Shown: piece after piece, positions 27,706 to 37,672 of the stretch | How positions within the stretch are numbered: the stretch's first letter is position 1 | Layout: every line of letters starts with the position of its first letter | NCBI GenBank assembly: GCA_944387525.1 | Contig: CALXFF010000004.1 | Location: 1,938-65,937, forward strand | Direction of reading: 5' to 3' | DNA: 64,000 bases | Origin: an uncultured Clostridia bacterium | GTDB taxonomy: Bacteria; Bacillota; Clostridia; TANB77; CAG-508 | Made by a program: the position numbers and the translations under genes | Notes under the pieces: model-generated | Database searches by the model: none | Told to the model about the DNA's origin: nothing | Seen by the model: the letters and a program-made list of their open reading frames with translations, nothing else

Positions 27706-29001
27706 ATGTTAGGAGGAGGAAATTTTACTACACAAAATAAAAAATTACCAGGTTCATATATTAATTTTGTAAATGCTTCAAAAGTTGGAGCAACAGTTGG
27801 AGAAAGAGGAATAGCAGCAATAGCAATGGAATTAGATTGGGGAAAAGACGGCGAAATAATGACAATAACACAAAGTGATTTTAATAAAAATTCATTAAGT
27901 TTATTAGGTTATGATTATGGTAATGATAAATTAAAAGGATTAAGAGATTTATTTATAAATATAAGAACTTTATATTTATATAGACTTAATAGTGGAACGA
28001 AAGCTAGTTGTACTTATGCAACAGCAAAATGTTCTGGTGTTAGAGGTAATGATTTAAAAATATCTATTCAAACTAATATTGATGATGAAGATAAATATGA
28101 TGTAAGTACAATATTAGGAACAAAAGAAATAGATAAGCAAACAGTAACACAAGCTAGTGAATTAATAGATAATGATTTTGTAGAATTTAAAAAAGAAGCA
28201 ACATTAACTGTAACTGCTAGTACACCACTTACAGGAGGAAGTAATGCAGAAAGTGTAACAGGAGAAAATCATCAAACATTTTTAGATAAATTAGAAGCAT
28301 ATAGTTTCAATGCATTAGGGTGTAATTCTGATGATGATTCAATAAAAACTTTATATGAGAATTTTACTAAAAGATTAAGAGATGAAATGGGTGTTAAATT
28401 CCAAACTGTAATTTTTGATGATGCTTCTGATTATGAAGGAATTATCAATATTGTTAATGAAACAGAAGAAGATACAATCGGTTTAATTTACTGGGTTACT
28501 GGAATAATCGCTGGTTGTGCAATAAATAAATCAAATACTAATAAAGTATATGATGGAGAATATACAGTAAAGGTAGAACAAACTCAAACAGAACTTGAAA
28601 ATTGTATAGATATTGGCAAATTAGTATTACATAAAGTTGGAGATGAGGTTAGAGTTCTTAAAGATATAAACAGTTTAGTAAATACAACAGATGAAAAAGG
28701 AGAAGACTTTAAGAACAATCAAACTATTAGGGTATTAGACCAAACAGCAACTGATATTGCCAATGTATTTAATAATAACTATATTGGGAAAGTTCCTAAT
28801 AATCAGAGTGGTAGAGTTAGCCTTTGGAATGAAATAGTATCTGTATTTAATCAATATCAAACATTACAAGCTATTGAAGAATTTAATTCTGAAGAAATTA
28901 CAGTAGAGCAAGGTAATGATAAAACTTCTGTTGTAGTAAATAGTGCAATTCAACCAGTTAATGCAATGGAAAAATTATATATGACAGTAGTAGTAAATTA
29001 A
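27706..29001 (+). CDS. Tail sheath protein (XkdK-like)
   Basis: N-terminus GGGNFTTQNKKLPGSYINFV. 431 aa, upstream of the tube gene. Confidence 0.85.
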   Translation: MLGGGNFTTQNKKLPGSYINFVNASKVGATVGERGIAAIAMELDWGKDGEIMTITQSDFNKNSLSLLGYDYGNDKLKGLRDLFINIRTLYLYRLNSGTKASCTYATAKCSGVRGNDLKISIQTNIDDEDKYDVSTILGTKEIDKQTVTQASELIDNDFVEFKKEATLTVTASTPLTGGSNAESVTGENHQTFLDKLEAYSFNALGCNSDDDSIKTLYENFTKRLRDEMGVKFQTVIFDDASDYEGIINIVNETEEDTIGLIYWVTGIIAGCAINKSNTNKVYDGEYTVKVEQTQTELENCIDIGKLVLHKVGDEVRVLKDINSLVNTTDEKGEDFKNNQTIRVLDQTATDIANVFNNNYIGKVPNNQSGRVSLWNEIVSVFNQYQTLQAIEEFNSEEITVEQGNDKTSVVVNSAIQPVNAMEKLYMTVVVN

Positions 29002-29022
29002 AAAAAGGGAGGAGAATAAGTT

Positions 29023-29496
29023 ATGAATAAACAAGTAATGAATGCAAAAGATTCTGTATCTGCTAGTTTAGCAGAGTGTTTTGTAACAATAGAAGGTAGA
29101 AGATTAAATTTTATGCAAGCTATAAATGTTGAAGCAAATTTTGAAAAAACTAAAAGTGAAGTACCTATTTTAGGAAAGACAGGAAAAGGAAATAAATCTA
29201 CTGGATGGACAGGTAGTGGGTCAGCTACATTTCATTATAATACTTCAATTTTTAGAAAATTAATGCAAAGATATAAAGAAACAGGAGAAGATATTTATTT
29301 TGATATGCAAGTAACAAATGAAGATCCAACAAGTTCTGTGGGTAGACAAACTGTAATATTAAAAGATTGCAATATAGATGGTGGTGTTCTTGCAAAATTT
29401 GATGCAGATGGAGAATATCTTGACGAGGATATGGACTTTACATTTGAAGACTTTGAAATGCCAGAAGAATTTGCAATGCTTGATGGTATGGAATAA
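29023..29496 (+). CDS. Tail tube protein (XkdM-like)
   Basis: AKDSVSASLAECFVTIEGRRLNFMQAINVEANFEKTKSEVPILGK is an XkdM pattern. Confidence 0.8.
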   Translation: MNKQVMNAKDSVSASLAECFVTIEGRRLNFMQAINVEANFEKTKSEVPILGKTGKGNKSTGWTGSGSATFHYNTSIFRKLMQRYKETGEDIYFDMQVTNEDPTSSVGRQTVILKDCNIDGGVLAKFDADGEYLDEDMDFTFEDFEMPEEFAMLDGME

Positions 29497-29538
29497 TTTA
29501 TTAAAATTTTATTTTATGAAAGGAAAAGGTGATTATAA

Positions 29539-29955
29539 ATGGAAAATTTAGAAGCATTTATGATAGAAGAAAAAGAGGAGATAGTAGATTATATAGCATC
29601 TTCAAAATTTAAAGACAAAGAAGGAAATCCAGTACCATGGAAAATAAAAAGTATAACAGCAGATGAAAACCAAAGAATAAGAAAAGATTGTTATATTAAT
29701 ATTCCTATAAATGGTAAGAGAGGTAGATATACAAAAGATTTTAACACACAAAAATATTTAGTTTTATTAGCAACAGAATGTGTAGTTTATCCAGATTTAC
29801 AAAATGCAAAATTACAAGATTTTTATAAAGTAAAAGGTGTAGAACAATTGCTAGGTAAATTACTAAAACCAGGAGAATATGATGATTTAATGGAAAAAAT
29901 TCAAGAAGTAAATGGTTATAGTTTAGAGGAAAAAGTCGAAGAAGCAAAAAACTAA
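29539..29955 (+). CDS. Tail assembly chaperone (XkdN-like), short form
   Basis: Position between the tube and tape measure genes. Confidence 0.7.
   Translation: MENLEAFMIEEKEEIVDYIASSKFKDKEGNPVPWKIKSITADENQRIRKDCYINIPINGKRGRYTKDFNTQKYLVLLATECVVYPDLQNAKLQDFYKVKGVEQLLGKLLKPGEYDDLMEKIQEVNGYSLEEKVEEAKN
29946..29952 (+). promoter_or_regulatory. -1 programmed ribosomal frameshift heptamer A_AAA_AAC; the long chaperone form would end at 30152
   Basis: The heptamer sits one codon before the chaperone stop. The -1 frame stays open through ...LIEEGDADANYAHFCLQKLRMLPSTFMELPFWEKAF...RGRRKK to TAA at 30150-30152. Confidence 0.65.
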
Positions 29956-30189
29956 TAGAAGAAGGAGATGCTGATGCAAATTATGCTCACTTCTGCCTTC
30001 AAAAATTAAGAATGCTTCCAAGTACATTTATGGAATTACCTTTTTGGGAAAAAGCATTTGTTATAGCTTCTACACAAATTAGAGTAGAAGATGAGAAGAA
30101 AAAAGCAAAAGAATCACAAAGAAAAGCTAAAAGAGGTAGAAGGAAAAAATAAACTTCTATCTCTATTTTTTTGAAAAGTAGGTGATAAA

Positions 30190-33138
30190 GTGGCAACTAT
30201 AAAAACAGCTATACAAATACAAGATGGTATGTCATCTGTTTTTAAATCTATGAATACAGTAATGAATTTAGTATTAAATACTTTTGAATCTATACAAAGT
30301 ACAGCAAGCAAACCAATAGATGTAAGTAGCATACAAGCAGCAAGAGAAGAATTATCAAGAGCACAAGTAGTTGCTAATGAATTTCAAAACCAATTATTAG
30401 AATTAAGTTCAAGTCCAGTCAATATAGGAATGAATAATAATAATCCTAATATAAACAATCCCCAAAGTATGTACGACGAAGCAATAGAAAATAATAGAAT
30501 CCAAGATAGTATAGTTAATAGTATAACAACACAACAGCAATATAACCAATTATTAAAAGAATCAACAAATAAATTACAACAAATGGAACAAATAGCAACT
30601 GATATTTCTAATATTACAGGAGAAGATAAGAGTTTACTTATGGCCAATAATAGTGAATATCAAAGAATGGCTAATATTAAAAGTATCTTACTACAAAAAG
30701 AACAGGAAATACAAAATACTATTGCAAATCAGAAACCTCAATGGGAAAACTTGAATATGCCAATATTTACGAATACAGGATTAGATAGATACGAACAGGA
30801 GATAGCATCAGCAAATAACATGATAAATAAATTATCACAATCTCAAATGAAAATGCAAGTTCAAGCACAAATGATGGATTTATTACCAAAGGATGCTATT
30901 AAAGATATTGATGTTCTAAATACTAGAATTGATAGAATAAGAACAACTTTACAAAAAGTTGAGAATAAAAAATTAACAGGTATGGAAGCAGATAAAGCAA
31001 GTAACCAGGTAGAAACATTAAGACAACAATTATTTGAAGCAGTTAATACGCAAGAAGAATTAACAAGAGCAATGAAAACGATGGATATAAAAGCAACTAA
31101 TATGGCATATAACAAATTGGTAAGTAATCTAGATACAGCCGAAAAAAATATTAGAGATAATATAAGCAATCAAAATCAGTTTAATAATAGTATAGATGCG
31201 GGTGCTAATTCTGCAGATGGATTATTAGGAAAAATGAAACAAATTGCATTAACTGTTGCTTCAATGGCAGGTGCTCAAAAGATACTAGGATTATCTGATG
31301 AAGTTGCTAGTAATAGTGCCAGATTAGATTTAGTTGTTGATGATGGTGGTAGTGTTGAAGAATTAGAAGACAAAATATTTGCTAGTTCAATGAGATCAAG
31401 AGGTTATTATTTGGATACATCAAAAGTCATTTCAAAACTTGGTATTTTAGCAGGAGATAGTTTTAGTAATAATGATGAATTGATTGCATTTACAGAATTA
31501 ATGAATAAGAACTTCATTATAGGAGGAGCAGAAATTCAAGAACAAACGGCAGCAATGTATCAATTAACGCAAGCAATGGCTGCAGGAAAATTACAAGGAG
31601 ACGAGTTCAGAAGTATTATGGAAAATGCTCCATTACTTGCTGAAGCAATAGCTGAATATACAGGAAGAACTAAAGGTGAATTAAAGGAAATGTCATCGGA
31701 AGGTGTAATAACTGCAGATATAATAAAAAATGCTATGTTTTCAACTGCTGATGAAGTTAATGCAAGATTTGAAAAAATGCCATTAACATGGGCTCAAGTT
31801 TGGACTATGATGAAAAATATTGCATTAAAAGCATTTGATCCAGTATTGAAAAAATTAAATCAAATTGCCAATAATCCACAATTTCAAGAAGCATTCAATT
31901 CTCTTATTAATATATTGAGTATAGCAGCACAAGGTTTCTTAAGTCTAATTGAAGGAGCAATTTGGTTATATAATGTATTAGAGCCGATAGCACCTGTAAT
32001 TTTAGGAATAGTTGGGGCTTATGTTGCATTTAATATAATTTCTGGAATTGTAAGTGCAGTTTTAGGAATAATGGCTACGATGCAAGGAATTCAGGCAGCA
32101 GCTAGTATGTTGCAAAGTGGAGCAACTCTTCAAGCAACTGTAGCACAATATGGATTAAATACAGCTTTATATGCTTGTCCAATTGTATGGGTAGTAGCAC
32201 TTATATTAGGTTTAATTGTTGCACTAACATATCTTTGGTTTACTAATGATAAAGTGGCATATGCACTATTATTTCTATGGGATTCTTTACAATTAGGAAT
32301 TATGGCAGCAGGTCTTGGAATACAAGCAGTTTGGTATGGATTACAATTAGCAGCTTTATACTTATGGCTTGGTATTCAAACAGTTGTGTTAGGATTAATG
32401 ACAGCATGGTATGGTTTTCAAACTGGTGTAGAAGCCGTATGTCTTGGAGTGTTATCAATATTCCAAGGATTATATAATGGAATAGTATCAATAGTTAATG
32501 CAATTATTGAAGTGTTAAATAAAATACCTGGTGTTGAAATAGATACAGCTGAAGCAGCAACTTTTGCTGATGATTTTGCTGGAAAAATGGCAAACAATAT
32601 TATTGATAGAAATTCTAAATTGCAAGAAATGGCAGCTCAAATGGATGGAACTATGGATCAAATAAATGCCATAAAAGGAAAAATGGGATCAGAACTTAGT
32701 GCATCTGCTACTAATATTCAAAATAAAGCAATAGAGTTAAATGCAAACAGAAATGATAGAGTAGCAGATAGAAATAATTGGATTAATGGTGCAGCAGATG
32801 CAGTGAAAAATGCAATGAATATGGACAGTTACGACTTTGCTAATATGGGAAGTGATTTAGGAAGTAATCTAGGTAATATTGGAAATAATGTTGGCAAAAT
32901 TGCAGGAGATACTGGAAGTATAAAAGATTCATTAGATGTAACTGAAGAGGATTTAAAATATATGAGAGATTTAGCAGAAAGAGATGTAATAAATAGATTT
33001 ACAACAGCACAAATAAAGATTGATATGACAAATAATAATAATATTAATAGTGAACAAGATTTAGATGGAATTATAAATACTTTATCAGAAGGTCTATATG
33101 AAACTATGACAATTGCGGCAGAGGGGGTGCATGAGTAA
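30190..33138 (+). CDS. Tail tape measure protein
   Basis: 982 aa. Coiled coil, hydrophobic glycine-rich middle, TP901-type core (QLTQAMAAGKLQGDEFRSIMENAPL). Confidence 0.9.
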   Translation: MATIKTAIQIQDGMSSVFKSMNTVMNLVLNTFESIQSTASKPIDVSSIQAAREELSRAQVVANEFQNQLLELSSSPVNIGMNNNNPNINNPQSMYDEAIENNRIQDSIVNSITTQQQYNQLLKESTNKLQQMEQIATDISNITGEDKSLLMANNSEYQRMANIKSILLQKEQEIQNTIANQKPQWENLNMPIFTNTGLDRYEQEIASANNMINKLSQSQMKMQVQAQMMDLLPKDAIKDIDVLNTRIDRIRTTLQKVENKKLTGMEADKASNQVETLRQQLFEAVNTQEELTRAMKTMDIKATNMAYNKLVSNLDTAEKNIRDNISNQNQFNNSIDAGANSADGLLGKMKQIALTVASMAGAQKILGLSDEVASNSARLDLVVDDGGSVEELEDKIFASSMRSRGYYLDTSKVISKLGILAGDSFSNNDELIAFTELMNKNFIIGGAEIQEQTAAMYQLTQAMAAGKLQGDEFRSIMENAPLLAEAIAEYTGRTKGELKEMSSEGVITADIIKNAMFSTADEVNARFEKMPLTWAQVWTMMKNIALKAFDPVLKKLNQIANNPQFQEAFNSLINILSIAAQGFLSLIEGAIWLYNVLEPIAPVILGIVGAYVAFNIISGIVSAVLGIMATMQGIQAAASMLQSGATLQATVAQYGLNTALYACPIVWVVALILGLIVALTYLWFTNDKVAYALLFLWDSLQLGIMAAGLGIQAVWYGLQLAALYLWLGIQTVVLGLMTAWYGFQTGVEAVCLGVLSIFQGLYNGIVSIVNAIIEVLNKIPGVEIDTAEAATFADDFAGKMANNIIDRNSKLQEMAAQMDGTMDQINAIKGKMGSELSASATNIQNKAIELNANRNDRVADRNNWINGAADAVKNAMNMDSYDFANMGSDLGSNLGNIGNNVGKIAGDTGSIKDSLDVTEEDLKYMRDLAERDVINRFTTAQIKIDMTNNNNINSEQDLDGIINTLSEGLYETMTIAAEGVHE

Positions 33139-33803
33139 TGTATTATTTTTATTTAGATAAATTATTATTACCAATTGCACCAGAAAAGTTGCAATTAAAA
33201 ATAGGAAATAATAACAAAACTCTTACTTTAATTAATGAAGGAGAAATAAATATATTAAAAAAAGCAAAATTGACAGATATAGAATTTGAAGTTTTACTCC
33301 CTAATGTAAAATATCCATTTGCAACATATAATGATAATTTCCAAAATGCATCTTATTTTTTAGAAAATATTGAAAAATTAAAGACAAGTGAGAAACCATT
33401 TCAATTTATAGTTTCTCGTAAAATGCCAAGTGGAAAAATTTTATTTGATACGAATATAAAAGTTTCATTGGAAGATTATACAATATCAGAAGAAGCAGAA
33501 GAAGGCTTTGATGTAAAAGTATCAATAAAATTAAAACAATATAAAGATTATAGCACAAAAACAGTACAAATAACTATAAAACAAGAAAGACCTAGACCAG
33601 TAGTGGTACAAACACCTTCACGACCAGCAACAACAGCACCAACAACAAGAACATATACAGTAGTAAGAGGTGACTGTTTATGGAATATAGCAAAAAAATA
33701 CTATGGAAATGGAAGTCAATATACTAGGATTTATAATGCTAACAGAGATAAAATAAAAAATCCAAGTTTAATTTATCCTGGACAAGTATTTGTAATACCA
33801 TAG
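33138..33803 (+). CDS. XkdP-like LysM-domain tail protein
   Basis: C-terminal LysM: YTVVRGDCLWNIAKKYYGNGSQYTRIYNANRDKIKNPSLIYPGQV. Confidence 0.8.
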   Translation: MYYFYLDKLLLPIAPEKLQLKIGNNNKTLTLINEGEINILKKAKLTDIEFEVLLPNVKYPFATYNDNFQNASYFLENIEKLKTSEKPFQFIVSRKMPSGKILFDTNIKVSLEDYTISEEAEEGFDVKVSIKLKQYKDYSTKTVQITIKQERPRPVVVQTPSRPATTAPTTRTYTVVRGDCLWNIAKKYYGNGSQYTRIYNANRDKIKNPSLIYPGQVFVIP

Positions 33804-33815
33804 GAGAAGTTGATT

Positions 33816-34784
33816 ATGAGTGAAAATATAGAAATATTAATACAAAATGGAAACACAGTATATGCTCCAGTAGTTCAGGAAGATGTAACTTGGGAAACGG
33901 AAAGGAAAGGTGTTCCAGGCAAATTAACTTTCAAGGTGGTAAAAGAAGGAGATTTGAGTTTCTTTGAAGGAAATCCAGTCAGATTTTCTTATGGAAGTAC
34001 AAATGTATTTTATGGTTTTGTTTTTTCTAAAAAAAGAAATAAAGAAAAAATTATTACTGTTACGTGCTACGATCAATTGAGATATTTAAAAAATAAAGAT
34101 ACTTATGTTTATACAAACAAGACAGCTGGAGATTTAGTTGAAATGATTGCAAAAGATTTTTTGTTAAATATAGGTCATATAGAATATACAGGATATACAA
34201 TAGGAGAAAGAGTTGAAGACAATAAAACATTATTTGATATTATACAAAATGCATTAGATTTAACGCTACAAAATACAAGAGAGATGTATGTTCTTTATGA
34301 TGATTTTGGAAAGATATGTTTAAGAGGGCTAGAAAGACTTAAGTTAGGATTAGTAATAGATGAAGAAACAGGAGAAAATTACGACTATACTTCATCAATT
34401 GATAACGACACCTATAATAAAATTAAATTAATTTATGATAATAACGATACAGGAAAAAGGGAAATTTATATTACAAAAGATAGCAACAATATTAATAATT
34501 GGGGAGTATTACAATATTTTGAAAAGTTAAATTCTAATGAAAATGCAAAAGCAAAAGCAGATGCTTTATTACAATTATATAACAGAAAAACAAGAAAATT
34601 GCAAATAAAAAATGCACTTGGAGACATCAGGGTAAGAGGTGGATCAAGTGTAATTGTACAATTAGATTTAGGAGATTTAAAAGTGCAAAATTTTATGATT
34701 GTTGAAAAAGTAAAACATACTTTTAAAAATGGAGAACATTTTATGGATTTAACATTAATAGGAGGAGATGGTTTCGTATCATGA
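33816..34784 (+). CDS. XkdQ-like baseplate hub/late control D-like protein
   Basis: Size and position in the PBSX-like order. Confidence 0.55.
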   Translation: MSENIEILIQNGNTVYAPVVQEDVTWETERKGVPGKLTFKVVKEGDLSFFEGNPVRFSYGSTNVFYGFVFSKKRNKEKIITVTCYDQLRYLKNKDTYVYTNKTAGDLVEMIAKDFLLNIGHIEYTGYTIGERVEDNKTLFDIIQNALDLTLQNTREMYVLYDDFGKICLRGLERLKLGLVIDEETGENYDYTSSIDNDTYNKIKLIYDNNDTGKREIYITKDSNNINNWGVLQYFEKLNSNENAKAKADALLQLYNRKTRKLQIKNALGDIRVRGGSSVIVQLDLGDLKVQNFMIVEKVKHTFKNGEHFMDLTLIGGDGFVS

Positions 34785-35284
34785 GTAGTTATACAGAATT
34801 ATTAGAAATAATAAAAAAAGCTTCAAAAGAAGTTATGGATGCATCTAATCCAACAGGAATACTATTTGGAACAGTAACATCTATAGGACCTCTTGAAATA
34901 AATGTCGAGCAAAAAATGACATTAAGTCAAGAGTTTTTCATATTAACGAAAAATGTAGTAGATTATACTGTGGATGTTACAATGAATTGGAGTACAGAAA
35001 CTAGAACTTTAAATGCAAATCATAATCATAATGCAAATGGAGAGATTTCTGTAAATTCAGAAGCCACTATGAATCCTAATCCGGAAAATGCTAGTATAAC
35101 AATACAAAATGAAGTGAATAGCAATATAACTATTGAACAAAAAAGTATTAATTTGTCTCATAATCATGCTATTTCAGGAACAAAGAGTTTAACAATTCAT
35201 AATAGTTTAAAAGTAGGAGATAAGGTTATTCTAATTCAGGTCCAAGGAGGACAAAGATATATAGTATTAGATAAAGTATATTAA
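34781..35284 (+). CDS. XkdR-like (DUF2577) baseplate spike-associated protein
   Basis: Position only. Confidence 0.45.
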   Translation: MSSYTELLEIIKKASKEVMDASNPTGILFGTVTSIGPLEINVEQKMTLSQEFFILTKNVVDYTVDVTMNWSTETRTLNANHNHNANGEISVNSEATMNPNPENASITIQNEVNSNITIEQKSINLSHNHAISGTKSLTIHNSLKVGDKVILIQVQGGQRYIVLDKVY

Positions 35285-35286
35285 AG

Positions 35287-35712
35287 GTGGTGATTAAAAT
35301 AATACCAGCAATAGCTAATGATAATGAATTAACTCAGGATTTTGATTATATCACACAACCTAGTAAAACATATAAACTAAATATAGATAATAATACTATA
35401 TCAGGTGGATATGTTGATGAAAAAGAAGCTATAAAACAAACAATATATTGCATATTGAACACAGAAAGATATGATTATTTAATATATAGTTGGAATTATG
35501 GTGTGGAAATAAAAAATCTGATAGGAGAGCACCTAACTTATGTAATACCAGAATTAGAAAGAGTAATTACAGAAGCTCTTATGCAAGATGACAGAATAGA
35601 AGAAGTTAATAATTTTGATTTTCAAATAATGAGTAAAAACGAATTATTAGTAACTTTTGAAGTAGTGACGATAGAGGGTATTATAGATATAGAAAAGGTG
35701 GTGAGTGTGTGA
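35287..35712 (+). CDS. XkdS-like (DUF2634, gp25-like) baseplate protein
   Basis: Position and size. Confidence 0.5.
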   Translation: MVIKIIPAIANDNELTQDFDYITQPSKTYKLNIDNNTISGGYVDEKEAIKQTIYCILNTERYDYLIYSWNYGVEIKNLIGEHLTYVIPELERVITEALMQDDRIEEVNNFDFQIMSKNELLVTFEVVTIEGIIDIEKVVSV

Positions 35713-36788
35713 TGTTTGAAAATACAGATTATGACTCAATCCTACAAAGAATGCTTGATAGAGTTCCAGATACACTAGACAAAAGAGAAGGAAGTATCAT
35801 ATATGATGCTTTAGCTCCGGCTGCAGCTGAATTAGCAAAAATGTATATAGATTTACAATATTCAATAGATTTAGTTTTTGTGGATACAGCAGTAGATGAA
35901 TATTTGGATAGATTGTGTAATCAAATAGGAATATATAGAAATCAAGCTACAAAAGCAATAAAAAAAGGAACTTTTTATGATGCGAATGAACAACTAATGG
36001 ATATAGAATTACAAAGTAGATTTACTTGTGGAGAGACTTATTGGGTTGCAGTAGAAAAAATAAGTGAAGGAACTTATAGAATGGAATGCGAAACAGAAGG
36101 AACGGCAGGAAATAATATTACAGGTAAATTAATACCAGTAGACTATATACAAGGATTGAATTATGGAGAATTAACAGAGTTGTTAATTCCAGGAGAAGAT
36201 ACAGAAACAGATGAGTCATTAAGGCAAAGATATATGGACAGATCAAATAATATAGCATTTGGAGGAAATATTATGGATTATATAGAAGAAACAAATGCTA
36301 TAGAAGGTGTTGGTGCTACACATGTTATTCCAGTATGGAACGGTGGTGGAACTGTAAAATTAATTATATTAGACTCTAATTTCGATAAAGCAAATGAATA
36401 TTTAGTAGATACAGTTCAAAATGTCATTTGTCCAGATTTAACTGATACAGGGATTGGAATAGCACCAATAGGTCATAAAGTTACAGTAACAACTGTTACA
36501 GAGCAAGTAATTAATATATCTTCAAAGATAACATTATCAGAAACTGGAGAATTAACAACAGTTACACAACAAATACAACAAGCTCTTGAAACATATTTTT
36601 TAGATTTAAGAAAAACGTGGGAAGATAATTCAAGTTTAATAGTAAGGAAAGCACAAATTGAAACTACTATTTTATCAATTGATGGAGTAATTGATATTTC
36701 TGAGACTAAATTAAATAATGCAGACTCAAACATAGAAGTGTCAATGGAAAGTATCCCTGTTTTAGGTGAGGTGGATATTTATGAGTAA
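35709..36788 (+). CDS. Baseplate J-like protein (XkdT-like)
   Basis: 359 aa. The N-terminus ILQRMLDRVPDTLDKREGSIIYDALAPAA is typical of baseplate J. Confidence 0.75.
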   Translation: MMFENTDYDSILQRMLDRVPDTLDKREGSIIYDALAPAAAELAKMYIDLQYSIDLVFVDTAVDEYLDRLCNQIGIYRNQATKAIKKGTFYDANEQLMDIELQSRFTCGETYWVAVEKISEGTYRMECETEGTAGNNITGKLIPVDYIQGLNYGELTELLIPGEDTETDESLRQRYMDRSNNIAFGGNIMDYIEETNAIEGVGATHVIPVWNGGGTVKLIILDSNFDKANEYLVDTVQNVICPDLTDTGIGIAPIGHKVTVTTVTEQVINISSKITLSETGELTTVTQQIQQALETYFLDLRKTWEDNSSLIVRKAQIETTILSIDGVIDISETKLNNADSNIEVSMESIPVLGEVDIYE

Positions 36789-37668
36789 ATTAATTGAATA
36801 TATGCCACCATTTTTGAAAAATATTAGAGAGTTTAATAAAATATTTGATGCTGAAGATATTGAACTAGAAGATTTAAATTATAATTTAAAGAAAATGTTA
36901 ACAGAAGTAATAGTAAAAACAGCTGATTCTTATGGATTAGACAGATATGAAAATATATATAATATCAGTAATACATCTAACAATATAGAAATACGAAGGA
37001 TAAATATTTTAAATAAGATTAATGATATTCTTCCATTTACATTAAAGTGGTTATATAACAAACTAGAAGAAGCATTAGGAGAAGGAAACTATCATATAGA
37101 TGTAGATTATAACAATTATAGTATAAAAATAACTATACTTGGTCTAAGTATGGAAATTGCAGATATTTATAGAGAAAATTTAAGACAGCAATTGCCAGCA
37201 AATATGGTAATTGTTTTTGATTTACAAATAAATAATAATATCGTAATTGGATCTACTATTGTTCAAAAAGAATACAATACAATGAAAGTAAATCAAGATA
37301 TATTAAAAGAATATGAAACGATAAATGAAAAAGATTATATAAGAGCAATTTCTATACAAAAAGATTTTATTACATTAATTTCAAACACTGATATATTAGA
37401 AGAAAATATACAAATAAATGAAGTTAATTATATGAAATCTATCATAATTCAAAAAGAATATATAAATTTAACAGCAAATACAGATGTTAAGGAAGAAGAA
37501 ATAACAATTAATTCGCTTGAAGTAGAAGGAATAAGCATAGTTCAAAAAGAACAAATGAAATTATATCAAAACAATTCAATAATAGAACAAAATCAAAATG
37601 TAAATAGCCATTTAGAAAATGGTGGACAAATAAGCCAAAAAGAATATATTAAAATGAAGGAGGAATAG
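36781..37668 (+). CDS. XkdU-like (DUF2313) baseplate/tail protein with C-terminal tandem repeats
   Basis: N-terminus LIEYMPPFLKNIREFNKIFDAED. Five IxQK(E/D)(Y/F/Q) repeats at the C-terminus. Confidence 0.6.
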   Translation: MSKLIEYMPPFLKNIREFNKIFDAEDIELEDLNYNLKKMLTEVIVKTADSYGLDRYENIYNISNTSNNIEIRRINILNKINDILPFTLKWLYNKLEEALGEGNYHIDVDYNNYSIKITILGLSMEIADIYRENLRQQLPANMVIVFDLQINNNIVIGSTIVQKEYNTMKVNQDILKEYETINEKDYIRAISIQKDFITLISNTDILEENIQINEVNYMKSIIIQKEYINLTANTDVKEEEITINSLEVEGISIVQKEQMKLYQNNSIIEQNQNVNSHLENGGQISQKEYIKMKEE

Positions 37669-37672
37669 TTTT

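Noticed and set aside
18691-32477. Same-strand alternative-frame ORFs 18691-18885, 21911-22123 and 32277-32477, plus 56787-56990
   Set aside because: They are embedded in terminase, MuF, tape measure and flippase coding frames that carry recognisable motifs.
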